From positions 127,348,001 to 127,412,000 of the forward strand of contig OX597820.1 in assembly GCA_951406725.2 (NCBI GenBank): a DNA stretch of 64,000 nucleotides. Direction: 5' to 3'. Under the pieces are notes generated by a model that worked only from the letters and a program-made list of their open reading frames with translations, was not told where the DNA came from and searched no databases. This document shows, piece by piece, positions 23,611-36,664 of the stretch (positions within the stretch are counted from its first letter, which is position 1; every line of letters starts with the position of its first letter). The stretch comes from Octopus vulgaris. Lineage: Eukaryota. A program made the translations under genes and the position numbers.

Positions 23611-24269
23611 TATGTATGTATGTATGTATATATGTATGTATATATATATATGTATGTATATATACACACACACATACACACGTAAAGTGAGAAAAAATAT
23701 GAAAATTAATCATAGACAACATGTAGTACACAAGATCCAATCAAGGCCACTGTAATTGACTGAGGGTCAAGGCAAATTTGGTGTCTTAATGAACAGAATT
23801 CTGCACTTGCCCTCAGCATGCCTAATAACAAGTATACAAAATTAAATTAACTCATTAAAGTAAAACAAAGGAAATCTAGGACAAAGTTAAAGAAAGATTA
23901 AAATTTTATTATATATATTTATGTATTTAAAGTTTTAATTAGAAAAAAAAACTAGATCTCTACCTTCTTGGAATGCTTGCACTCAATGTGGAAAAGAGGT
24001 CAATGGTAGGAAGTTTGTATTATTATTTATGTAAACTGAGGGTGTACAAAAGATACAGTGTAATTATGTGTAGGTTGGCAATAGGACTTTACATGCAACA
24101 GGTGCACAGGAATATTTAGTCGTAAAAATGATATACAATCTTTCAGCTGCTCAGAAGGTTTGATAGAACATGACTTAATCAGTTGAGGAAGTGGGTGGGT
24201 GTCGCAAGAGCATGGTAACCTGAGTAAGGACTGGGTGGGAAAAGCTTAGAAAACTTTTGTCTCTGTTCG

Positions 24270-24730
24270 GTACAACATAGGGTATCTCTTTCTAAATGAA
24301 AGCTATTTGCATACAAAAACTGATATTGCATTGTAGTGAAACATGAGCCTTAAATATAGAGGATATGGGAAGGCAGGAATAAATGAAGTGGACATGCTCT
24401 GCTGGATGTGTAAGATGACTGCGCTTGATTGACAAAACACACATGAGCTGAAAGAGAAAATAGATATTAGAAGAATCAGTTGAAATGTTCAGGAAAGAAG
24501 CCTGCACCAGTACAAATATGCAAGGCATTGTGAGGGTGATAACTAGGTGAGAATGTGCATGACACACAATCCATGAAGGAGCCTGTAGAAGAGGAAGAAA
24601 GATGAATTCCAATCTCAAAGTGCTGGACCTCATGAAAGAGGAGATAATGATGGATTGTAAGGTGAGATGCTGTGTTGGAATAGGCCCAGGCAACCATGCC
24701 AATGTGAGAAATATTGATGAAAATGATAAC
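24270..24730 (+). mobile_element. degenerate RTE-clade LINE 3' remnant
   Basis: LHCSET*AL...NEVDMLCWMC resembles RTE LYGSETW...EMxMLRWM; ends in a GAT-rich tail. Confidence 0.6.
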
Positions 24731-26494
24731 GATGATTTATTTCAGAGGTGTCCTTGCTTGGTGCATGACTTGGTTGGAAACGAATCAAGTACATGGAAGA
24801 ATAGTCATGTTGGCCATTTTAAAAAAACACACACGCATCTACTGTTATAGTCAGCTCTTGTTTTATTTCTTAATAGTATTGTACTTAATAGTATTGTAGT
24901 CTGTAAAATGTCAAAACAATGTGTCGTACATCTACAACCTGATCACTGTGTCACACAGCTGAATAGTGACAGTAATCTGGTCACAGATGTGTCACAAAAT
25001 TATTTTTGTCACTTTATAAAGAAATATGAGTTAATGTAAGAGTATAGCTGTGTTTTTAAATGATTAACATAACTTTTCTTCAAAATAATATCTATAGATG
25101 TGTGTGTTTGAGTACATATATATCTTAAATGTTTTTATATTTTATTCAATTCCATCTCAGATGTTTAAGTTTGAGTGGACAAAAGAATTACAAATTCTCA
25201 TGTTTCCTGCAAGGTCTTTCTTTGTAGTGACCCTGCTTGAAATGTTTGAATTTTTGTTTCAGCTCACCATACAAAGTTTTTTTTTTTATAATTGCAACCT
25301 CCTTTTGCTGTTCAATGACAGTTCCTGAAGAACTGCGAGGTTTTGTTCTCAGTTTTTGATTAGCTTTGATTGCAAGGAAACTATGGAACTCAATAAATGA
25401 AATAAAATAGCTAGCATGCAAAAGCACTGTTGAATGCCAAATAAATTTTCTTCTAAATTCATTTGGTCCTGTTGCATTACACTCTTGGGTGAAGATATTT
25501 AGTTCTGTATCCTGTAATCCTAGTTTACTGAAAATCAATCAAAAATCCATATTTCTCTGAACATTTTATACTTTCTGTGTGGATGTTGTTTATTACGGGT
25601 TGAATACCTTAAAAAGTTTTAATTTTATCTTTAAGACCTTTTGCTCTTATTTTGCCAAGAGAAATATTTCGTTAATCTCACCATCATGTGAATAATTTTA
25701 AAATATTTTCAAAGTGTGTGTGTGTTCAGTGTGTATAAAGCTTTTTTTTTTTGTTTTATACATAAAAATATAAACAAATGCAGTGAGTGTGCAGCTATTG
25801 TTTATCCAAGGTCTGCGTTGACCAAACAGATTGATAGTCAATAAATGTTCCAGCTGACCATCCCAGCTCTACGTATATCAGGGATGAGAATGTCCAATGT
25901 ATCTTCTTTCGTTACTTAAGAGAATAGATTGTAAATTGAGAGGAGATTGGCTTCTGTGTCTAGCAAATCAAATGACCATTTACAGGCTCCCCTCTTTGTA
26001 CAAACATATTGTTCTTCATGCTAGTGTGCCTGACAACTCATTGGACTTTTTGAAACACTCAATAAAGAATTTAAATATCCAATGGCTATGTTCTTTGTTA
26101 TACACCCATCATATTTGTTAGGTTATTAGCTTTCTGCTGAAGACCACTCCTCATTGAAATATTCTATACATTTTAAAAAAGCAGAGTAAATATTTATTTT
26201 ATGATTGACCTCACAATGGACTCTGGGTCATGTTTGCGCAACACATCTTCAGGTACTGATTCTAACCTTTGACGATGTGTTTGTGAACACGAAACACTGT
26301 GCTCCTTGCAAGGTGGATAGATATTTGTCATTTCAATTTAATTATTTTTCAGTTTGTAAATAAATATATATATAAATATATATTTCTAAACTCTGTCTTG
26401 AGTGGATGTTTATTAAGGTAAAAGAACTTGTGAGCTTTATTTAGTTACAGTGTAGATCTATTTTTTCCTTTGCATTTTATCTTTTGTCTTCTAG

Positions 26495-26530
26495 TGACAA
26501 GGGGAAGCATATCTCGTAGATATTTCAACG
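26495..26530 (+). CDS. candidate 36-nt cassette exon of the catenin tail, phase 1-1
   Basis: Long pyrimidine tract containing TGC, ending ctAG; consensus donor G|GTGAGT. Stop-free (V)TRGSISRRYFN in the incoming phase. Confidence 0.72.
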
Positions 26531-28089
26531 GTGAGTCTTTTGCCAAAAGAATGTTTGCTTACTGTGTGCCATCAATAATTTTTTTAAAAATCATATAATT
26601 ACAATAAAATAAAGCCCATGGTTGTCTCATTCAACTTTTGCTTTGAATCAAATTGACTGATTGCTAAAAATCCTGCCAATATCCCTACCGGGTGGTAGTT
26701 CACTGAAGTTTGTTTGGCACTTGAAATTCATTAAAATATTATTATTGATTATTATTATTATCATTATTATTATTATTATTATTATTATCATTATTGTGGG
26801 CATTATTGAAAGGTTTGAGGACAAAAGCAATTTCTCAACAATTTCAAGTACTCTTTGTTGAAAAAAAGACTGGTGGTGTTAGAGAGGCTACCGTCAAATT
26901 TTATGGAAGGATTGGTATGACTAAATGGACCTGTTATGCAACTCTCAGTTGGTAGTAGGCACTCAGAGAAGGTGTTTACCTTTGTGTATGTTTCTTAATC
27001 AATAATCCACTATTGTGTGTAGGATAACCCTTACCTCAGCCACTCTTTTTGGTCGTCTTTAATTCAGGGATCCTTTCATTTTGTTGCCATTGTTATCTAT
27101 TTATTCATGTTTGTTGTTGTTATTGTTGGTCTTGTCTTTTTTTATTCAATTTAATTCTCTTCCAACTGAATTTCTCCACAACACACACTTCTCATTTTGT
27201 TCTTGTACTGACCCCCCCCCCACACACTCCAATCACTTTTGGTTTTTGTAGCTTATAAATGAAAGAGAATGCAGAATAATGCTTTTCCTTATTACAAATT
27301 GCATTCTAAGATCAAATTCTGCCAAGGTTTATTTTCGATTTTTTAAAAAATTTATTTATTTTGTAGAAATAGCAGTAATACACTGGTGTTAGTTACTGAA
27401 ACTTTTTTGCATGCCTAGAAAAAATTATTGATGCTGTAGCTATGGCAACTGTCTTTGTTGCTCTTATTTTAAGCATCAAGTCAAATATTGTCCTTGTAAC
27501 AGCTTCTTTATTTTGCCATTTCTTGGATGTTTGGCACTCGTTTCTTTGTAGAAAATGGTCTGATAGCTATATGCTGAAACACAGACACAAGATGATAAAA
27601 TGATTTTAGTGTCCAGAAATATTTCATACACAGTTGAATCTATTTACATATATAGTTTGGTACAATCACATTGTCTTGAGGTTTATAGCCTCTTTGCAAT
27701 CCTGGCATTTCTTTCCATGATTTCACTGTCTCATATATCTCTTCTCTGATGGTACAGTGTCCTCAGTTATGCTTTTATTGATGCATTTTATAATGTTTTA
27801 GGCTCCATTGTGTGTGTATACACACACACACACACACACATAATGTGGAGTTTCACATATTCCATGTTTTTTACATATTGTTTATGTATTGATACATGCA
27901 TATAGATAGATATAATCTCAACATTCTTTTCTTATATATGCAAACGCTTATTTTGGTTAGTGTTTTTTTCTCCCCCTTTTTACACACACATTGCTTTTAT
28001 CATACAGTTCATGTCACCTTATATTGATTATCAGAGTGACTGTCTGGCAACTTTTGTGAGGTTTGGGGACTTTTTCCCTTTTTACTCAG

Positions 28090-28110
28090 AAAATCATTTT
28101 TCTTTATCAG
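28090..28110 (+). CDS. candidate 21-nt microexon, phase 1-1
   Basis: tttttccctttttactcAG acceptor, CAG|GTATGA donor; reads (E)NHFSLS. Confidence 0.45.
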
Positions 28111-29799
28111 GTATGATGTCATCTTGGCTGTCAGCTTTCTTCTTCTCAGCAGTTCAGCCTTGAAATTAATTTTCTTTCTGACTTTTTCTCAGTACATGGT
28201 TACATGTTGCCAATAGTGATACTGGAACCTATTTGTTTCTTTTACCTAACCTTCATTGTTCGTTGGTCTTAATCCTATTCTTTTTACCTTCTCTCTCACT
28301 ATCCTCTTTTTGGTAATCTTCTAATTATGATGCATTTTCACAGCAAATGGAGCCATCATGTGGTACTTCATAATTCCATTCATAAGATACGTGTGTATAC
28401 ATACACACACACACACACACCTATATGTTATGCTCATTCCTGGTCCTGGTTAGCTACATATCCATGCACACAACTAGCTCTGTCTGTTTGTCTGTCCATC
28501 TGTCTTGTTATTCTTCTCACTGCAAATCTTAAGCAAATCTTAATAGTTAGGATTCAAATCTGTTTCAGCAGAACACTACGTCTCTGTTTTCCTTCTGACT
28601 GTAGAACTGGTCTAAGGAATTCCATTCCCCACCTTATCTCCCTTCAGTCATTTTTTTTTCTTCTTCTTAACCAATTTGTCTGTTCTCAGAGGCAACCATA
28701 AGAATATTAAATTTAGGGGTTTTTTTTTTTCTCAATACAAAAAGAACATTTTTGCTCACAATTGATTTTTATTTGCCTTATGCTTTCCTTGGATTCACTT
28801 CCCAACATCTTTTTCCCTTTCTCCCCTCTGTGTGCGAGTTACAAAAATATTGTAAGCAAGGTTATGCCAGTTTGTCAACCAATTAGCTTAGCTGCCCTTT
28901 AGCTTTTAATGCAAGCTTAAAACATACATATTACAAACACACTGCTATTCATTTTAAATTTGCTCCCTTTTGTACTTCCTTTTTTTATTATTATCATTAT
29001 TATTATTAAGTCTTAAAATCTCTCATTTTTTCCTCCCTCTTTTTGCATGACTATTTTTCTTGCTTCTAACTACTTAAATTTACTGTCAATCTCTTGCTGC
29101 ACATTTTGATGCTACTTTCCCCCCCCCCCCTTCATCCCTTGCATATCCTCATCACTTTGTCTATCTTAATAACCACGTTTTCTCTGATTGTGTGTTGCTT
29201 CTTATGCTCGGGTTTCATCGAATTGATCCTTTGTTTGTCTTTCTTGACACAGATTACATATAAACTCTGTGTGTGTGTGTGTTCAATTCATTATTTTCTT
29301 ACAAATACTCTGCAAAATACGTGTGAGTGTGTGTACTTATAGAGTATTAAAAGAATGTAAGCTATTTCTGCTATTGTGAGAGAGGGAAATATGTGTGTAT
29401 ATTTCAGTATATATACACATTAAGTAACTATTATTCTTAGTGATCTTGCAGAAGCACACCTTTATCCATATTTACCTGGTTTTTGATGTTTTTCTAACCC
29501 ACCTCCACCACCACTTTAAAAACATAATAGACATCACTACAGAGCAATCCTGATGCTTCTTTCATATGGATCATACATTCTCTCCAAAATTTGGCCAACA
29601 AATGGTGTGAATTGATCTTTGTAAATAGAAACAGATTGGACTTGACCCTTTTGATACCATCCTGCCTCCTGTTCTATTATAAAACTTCCCATTTTAAAGT
29701 GACCTGAATCAAACCGCCCCTAATTCTATGTTATAAACTTCCTGTTTCAAAGCACTCTAAATTAAAACCTTCTATCAAAAATTCTTGCTAATTTATGTT

Positions 29800-29836
<37 letters not shown>

Positions 29837-31277
29837 GCTTTACATTTTAGCATTGAAACAGGCCATATCCTGCCTATTTTATTTTTCGAACGACATTGTA
29901 GGATAGGTCTGAGGGGCCAGATTTGTCCAGTTTGAAAACAAACTACCTCATCATCAGAATCTTGAAATCACAAGATAAAGTCATGATCAATTCAAAACAG
30001 TGTGAATAAATAAGCGTTCCATTTAACAGAATAACCTGAACTTTAAAGGTTTAATAATGAATGACAGTTCTTTTACTAAATTCTTCACTATTTTTCGAAA
30101 TTAATTGCAACAAAGGCACTGTACGTCCAATAGAAATCTGACAAAAAGGTCAATTACAGTATAAAGGTAGCGTCAAAAGTTGATTGTAGAGATGTGTTAC
30201 TAATTGTCAGAAAGTTGCAGCTTCTAGGAACTGTGTAGGGGTAGGATGGCCGGTGGGGTTAATTGAAGTGTGACTTCAATTTTTTTAACCAATTTTTGTT
30301 TTTTTTGTAGGGTTGTTTTTACTTATCGTTTGCAGTGTGTATTTATTGTATATGTAATGTTTATTTCTTATGCTGCTATTTGAATTTTTATCTTTTGTGT
30401 GTTTTTGTTGCTTTTGTTTTTTTAAAAGTTTCTGATTGGTATGTTGACTCGAAAATATTACCTGACAACTGCATGGTTGATTGGCTCAATACACATTGAA
30501 GCCTCTCCAATGATGCTGAAAGTGTTTGGGCCTCTCTCTCTCTCTCTTTTTTTGTTAGAGGATATTAAATGTAATTATCATCGTTGATAATGTTTGAGAG
30601 GTTATCTTAACTTAGATTTTGCTTCAGTATTTGGTCGTAAGTTATATGAGACTGGTGTATGAGATTATGATTGCACTAAACTAAACAATCTTGGTTACTT
30701 CTGTTTTACTTGTTACTGTTCTGGTTAAGTCCTCCTCTACCCAACCCGGTTTTGATGAAACAAACCTATTATCAGATATTTTCCAGCCTTGACTATCTCA
30801 TCTTTTTATTTCCAAGGAGAGATTTATGCTCAGCATTGCATGCAAAAACGGAGAGATAAAATTCTCAAGACATTGCTCCAGCAGACCAGTGACTGAAACC
30901 AATCAAAGAATAATTTATACAAAACTGCTTACAGCAATGAACTAACTCTAGACATTGGAGGAGAATTGATTGACTTGGTTCTTGTTATTGTTGTTTACAT
31001 CCAGCTCAGCCCTAGTCAAGTGGACTTCTAATCAAAGGACTTTTTATTTTATTGTCTGGTAGTTTGCAAGTAGATCCAACTTACCTGTATACCTTTCCTC
31101 TTAAGACTTTGTGGTGGGACACTCAGAGTTACAGTGACGTAGATATGTATTCTAGTTTTTTTGATCTTGTTTGTATCATTTTTGGTAGCAGCAAACACTT
31201 TGAGATCGGTGGAGTGGGGGCTTGTTCAGACATCATCTCTGAACCAATTGACAAATAGTCAGTAGGTTGCTAATTAA

Positions 31278-31497
31278 CTCTTTCATTACTGTATTTATTT
31301 TGAGATGCTCTGTGTTTCTTTCAATTATTTTAAATATAACAAAGAATTTAGTAAAATAACTTTGTTATCATTCAGCTAGTGTTAGGAACATAAATTGTGA
31401 CTAAGGTTTGGTGGAAGATTTTAATTCAAAACTTATGAAAACAAGACATTTGTACTCAGAACCAGAGCCAGTTTCAGGTGGGTTGGTAACAAAAGGG
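31278..31497. mobile_element. piggyBac-like MITE, second family
   Basis: TTAA|ctcttt...aaaaggg|TTAA. Relatives near 2255-2447, 29645-29800, 48320-48542, 60780-60935 and 63414-63635. Confidence 0.7.
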
Positions 31498-32864
31498 TTA
31501 AAGAAAAACTTGCTGATGTCCTATTTCTGTAAGTTCATGAGATACTTTGACATTAAAGTTGTATTGAACTGTTGTTAGTTAGCTGCTTTTAGTTGTTGCA
31601 TAACTTTAGTCAAGGTTGCAGAAACAGGAAACATCTGATTGAACAATATTTTATGGTTATTTCTAGTCATGGTGTGCCTTCACTGAAAGTAGATCTACCA
31701 GAAACTGATGTGTTTTATTGTTTTTTAAGTTTACTAGATACATTGATGTTAAAGCTGTATAGAGCAGCTGTCACAGTTAGCTGCATTTAGTTGCTCTGTA
31801 ACTTTGGTCAAGGCTGTAGAAACAGGAAACAGTTGATCAAGTGGTGTATTATTGATATTTCTAGTTGTGGTCATGAAGCCTTCGTTGATACAGTAGTAGA
31901 TCTACTAAAGACTGGATTGAACCAAATTATATAATGGAGCATATCTTCCAAAAATATAGCCTTTAAAATACTGATGTACATAACATTTAGAATGTGTATA
32001 CAAGCATGAAACGACACTAGCTGTAATATTTTGTTTCTGAAATTTTTCTTAGACTTGCTCCACTCCACCCTTGACATTTGACCCAACTATGTGTTTTGTA
32101 ACTTACAAGTCCCTTTGAGAAGTTTCTCTGAGACAAAATATTATAGCTAGCACCATTCTACAATTTTATATGTATTACAAATGTTACACATATTAATTTA
32201 ATTCAATTCTAGCCCAGTTAGCTTTCACACAAATCAGTGAATTGTTTTTTTGTTTTTTTTCTTTACTGATGTCATTATCAGAACTGGCATTTTTTGGTTT
32301 AGTTCTTGAGTGTTAATTACTGATGAGTGAAGACCGGATTAGTTCAAAACAATGTCTGATGATCCACTGATGACATTCTGAGTGAGCTGTGTTTTGTAAC
32401 ATGCACACACTTCTCATTGTGAACTTTCTCTGAGACGAAATATTGCAGCTAGCATTGTTCTATATTTGTACGTACATTGTTACATGCACAATTATTATAA
32501 TCAAATGCAGTGTTAAGTGTGTGTATTGATTTAATATTGTCTTTATTTCAAAGATTATCTAGAGTTTCAGAGATTTCATTTCAATTTTGAAATGTTCAAA
32601 CAACTAGCGAGTTCTGGAAAAGTTCTTTAATTTTTTTGTTTTAGTTGTTAACTGTTGCAGAGGAGAGTGTTACAAAATCTTTTATCAGTTCCTTTTTTGT
32701 TGAGTTATGCAAGATATCTGCAGTTGATACTTGGATGCAGGGCAGATCACTAGGGTCATGAATTTAAATGCCTTTGCTTGTAGAATAAGAGTACACTGGG
32801 GATGGTAAGTCTCTTCATATATATATATATATATATATATGAAACTAGAAGTGCACAAAGCAAA

Positions 32865-33184
32865 GTGTACAATTGTATTTAACAAGCTCATGCGCACTAT
32901 TATGTGAAAAGACATTTGCCATGGATTGCTTAGGGAAAGAAATTCTCCTTATAAACACCACTGGGCCATGAATGATGTCATCATACCTTAGGACATGTGT
33001 TTCTGCATTGTTACACTTCTTAAGATAGAGACATTGTATCCATCATTCACATTCCACTAAGAATTGCTGTTCTTTTATTTTCATATAGTCTATAAGGAGA
33101 ATTCTTCTCCTGAGTCATTTCTACCCATAGCAAAGCTTTTCCCATGTCCAGGTGTACATGAACATATTAAATATAATTGTACAC
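32865..33184. mobile_element. old MITE-like element with long imperfect inverted arms
   Basis: gtgtacaattgtatttaa...aattctccttata vs tataaggagaatt...ttaaatataattgtacac. Confidence 0.55.
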
Positions 33185-33326
33185 AATTATATTTCAATTT
33201 TTGCTGCTTCATGTTCGTCTAGTTAATTAATTCTAACTTGACAAAGCTTGTTGCACATCAACAAATTTTCTAATGTAAGAACAGCAGTTCTTACTGGGCT
33301 ATGACTGACAGATTTGTCTTCTATAG

Positions 33327-33356
33327 TTGATGAAGCAAAATGGTACAGAAACACGG
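33327..33356 (+). CDS. candidate 30-nt exon, phase 1-1
   Basis: CTGAC branch-like motif + tttgtcttctatAG; reads (V)DEAKWYRNT. Donor G|GTCTTG is weak. Confidence 0.3.
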
Positions 33357-33467
33357 GTCTTGTTGTCCACTGATGTCATTCATAGCCTAATTTCTATGGA
33401 GAAAATCTTTCCACATCCAAGTGGACACAAACATGTTGAATGTAATTGTATTCACTTTACATATATA

Positions 33468-33524
<57 letters not shown>

Positions 33525-34097
33525 ATATATATTATTATTATTATTATTATTACTACTACTACAAAGCAAAGAAACTCTGCTTTTGCTGATTCATAGGAAT
33601 AGCTCTTCTGAAATAATATTTCAAATTCAACAATTCTGTTTCAGAAATAGTATCTATGAATGCGTGAAAGCAGAGTTTCCTTGCTTAAACATTAAATCTG
33701 TAAATTATGCTTTATATATATAAAGTCTTCTTGGTGCCTGAAATATAGCACTTAGCAAGAACTCCAAGGAACAATGGAGTAAATCGCCAGCTTCAAACAA
33801 ATATATATTTATTTCAACTTTCTATACAAACATGGACAAGATTTTTCTGAGGTCTTTTCTTTTTATGTAGCCCGATGAGCTTCCTGTCGCCTTTTACTGT
33901 CTCTTACAACACACACCCTGTCCCTGCATACCTTGAGCCATCTGAAGAGATTGGTAATAGGTTGGGCCATAAAGCACAGTCTCAGAAAATCATCCAATCC
34001 ATGCCAATATAGAAAAGCAGATGTATAACAATGATGATGATGATGATGATGTCTGATTTTCTTTTTTCTTTTTCTTTTCTGTTTTCTTCTCTTTCAG

Positions 34098-34120
34098 AAA
34101 TCCATTGCAGTAATGAAAGG
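34098..34120 (+). CDS. candidate 23-nt microexon, phase 1-0
   Basis: About 40-nt pyrimidine tract ending ctttcAG; consensus donor G|GTGAGT; reads (E)IHCSNER. Supplies the phase 1 to 0 shift needed to join 21427 to 62003. Confidence 0.72.
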
Positions 34121-36630
34121 GTGAGTAGATTTAAAATTTAATTTTAAGGGAGGATAACAAGAAAAAATATTTCAGCTCTAATGAATTGTCGTCTAAAATG
34201 TCCATATCCATTTATGTATGTGTGTTTGTCTCTCAATATATGTGTGTGTGTGTGTGTGTGTGTCTGTGTGTATATATATATATTTAAAAACACACACACA
34301 CAAAGAATCTGAAGTGTCATTGCTCAATTCCAGTTTGTGCATGTGATACTGCCAACAGTCATGATAGCTGTGGAATTATTGTGCTGTACTACTGGCCTCA
34401 TGGTCACAATTTTCAAACTTTATACCAATATTTTACACATGGCACATAACTCTGTCTTCCATGTCATGGATCAGTTCAACTACACTGCCAGCAATGTCTG
34501 CCAACTATGTGACTAAGTTATATGTAGGCAAAACTGGTCTCAGACTAGTCAATACATTTATTGAGCAGCTTTAGGGTATCTGACTATGCAATGTTAGATG
34601 ACCTGTTACCCACCATTACCTTTCACCTAACCACACAGATTAGCATGTATTCATTTCTAGTATCACCTTACACCATGATTCTCCTTTATCCCAGTTCCAA
34701 CATAACAGTAACTCATTCTTCACCTTGGAACAGCTCAGCTAATAAAACAACTGACTTTATTTCTTGTAGCTACATACATTTGCAGAAACATGCATGTAAA
34801 TACTCACACATTGTTGGTCTGATTATAATAGTTATACACACACCTCACAGTACACCATGTTTTACTTATAACTTCCACACACTTCAAATATATAAAATAC
34901 TAACACAGTCTCACATTTATACACATGTACTCACACAGCAACAGATAAACATTTACACAGACACACATGAGTTACTCATCCCTTATGACCCTTTACTATC
35001 ACCCTTGTAGCTGTAAAACTCCTTTCCTTTTCCCTTCCAATTTTCCACTCATCACACAGCCTTTCTCTCTACTAATTCAACATACATTTTCATTTCATAG
35101 AACTTCTTTTTCTGGGGTTTTTTCTCCCCTTTTCTTTCTTCTGAAGTGGGGCAGCAGCTCCAAACTGTAGAATATTCTTTTTTTTCTTCTTTCCAGCATT
35201 TAACTAATTTTGTAAATATTGTATTTATAATATTGTTCTGTGTGTCTTTTATTTCTGAGACACTGCCTGGGACTTTCCCTCATACAGATGAAGGACTCTT
35301 ATTCACAGAATATTTCATTTGGATCCCATTGGACCCTTATTACCATTATGGGAACTGTGGGTTGGCAGGATCATTAGTGTTAGGTAAAATACCTTGTTGT
35401 ATTAGATTCAACATTTTATGTTCTGAGTTCAACTTGGCTTTTCGTCCTTTCAGAGTCAATAAAATAAAGTACCAATCAAGAATTGGTTGTTGGTTTAATC
35501 AACTATTCCCCTCCTGTTAGAAATAATTATTGGTTATTGTTCCAGCTTACCTAGTTGGCAAAAGTTAGTTTTATCCTTTCATGATTGAGTTCTTAATTAA
35601 AGTGATGAAGATATCCAGCTGCAAAATTGATAGCTCCAGTAAATAAATCATTCAACTTGTACCAGTAGATATACATTTCTCATTGTCAAAAGAACACTAC
35701 CTCAAGCTGGCAGTGAGTTAACTGTTCCAGAAAAAATTGCTATAATACTAACTTGTTTAACTTACGCTAGCATAGAGCATACACACACATATATTACAAG
35801 ATATGAAACAGGTGATCCCAAATTGGGGTGAATGTAACCCCTGAAGGGTTCATTTCTCTTTGCTTAGGAATTAAATTTGCTGGTCCTGGATCTGTACTTC
35901 TTTTTTTTTTTCAATTATATTTTTCTTTTAAATGTCAAGTTTTGAAGAAAATGAAGTGGACCTATTTTGATGAAAAATACTAATTTTATTTTCTGTCACC
36001 TGTAGCCCATACTTTTTAATTATTTTACCAAGTGGTCTTATTCAGATGTTTGAGTTTGGTTCTGGTATCCATTCATCATTATTAGATCATTGATATTAGC
36101 ATCATTTTAACTTAGAAATAAGAATGTTTTAAAACGATATTTTAAACCCCACCCTTTATTTTGGCCGAAGTGTAAACTTGAATTATTGCACAAAATAGTG
36201 CAGGAGTAAGTTTACTTTCAAACAGTTACCAAGATGTACTTTGGCTGAAAAATATCAGGAACTCCTGTTGTAAGGCTAATGGTGATGCATGATATTTTAA
36301 CCAACCAGTCTTCTTGTTAATTTGTACTATATTACATAATTTTTGATTCCCATTAAAAGATCAGATGCAAATTTGTATAGTATTGAGTCGATTGACTTGG
36401 CAACGTTATGTTGCATTTCCTTATTCTTGCACCTTAAAGTATGAAGTAGGAGTGAAACTGTTTGTGTTAACTGAGTCTGCTATGGAAAACTTGGTTAACA
36501 AAAGCATGCAAAACTTCAGAGTTATGTGCCTTGCCTGGTTATACCACACAATGGCTGTTGTAGTTATTAAGTTTGAAATCCTGTCCATGTAATTCATAGT
36601 ATAACACTTTAAATTCACAGCTGGGAAATG

Positions 36631-36664
<34 letters not shown>

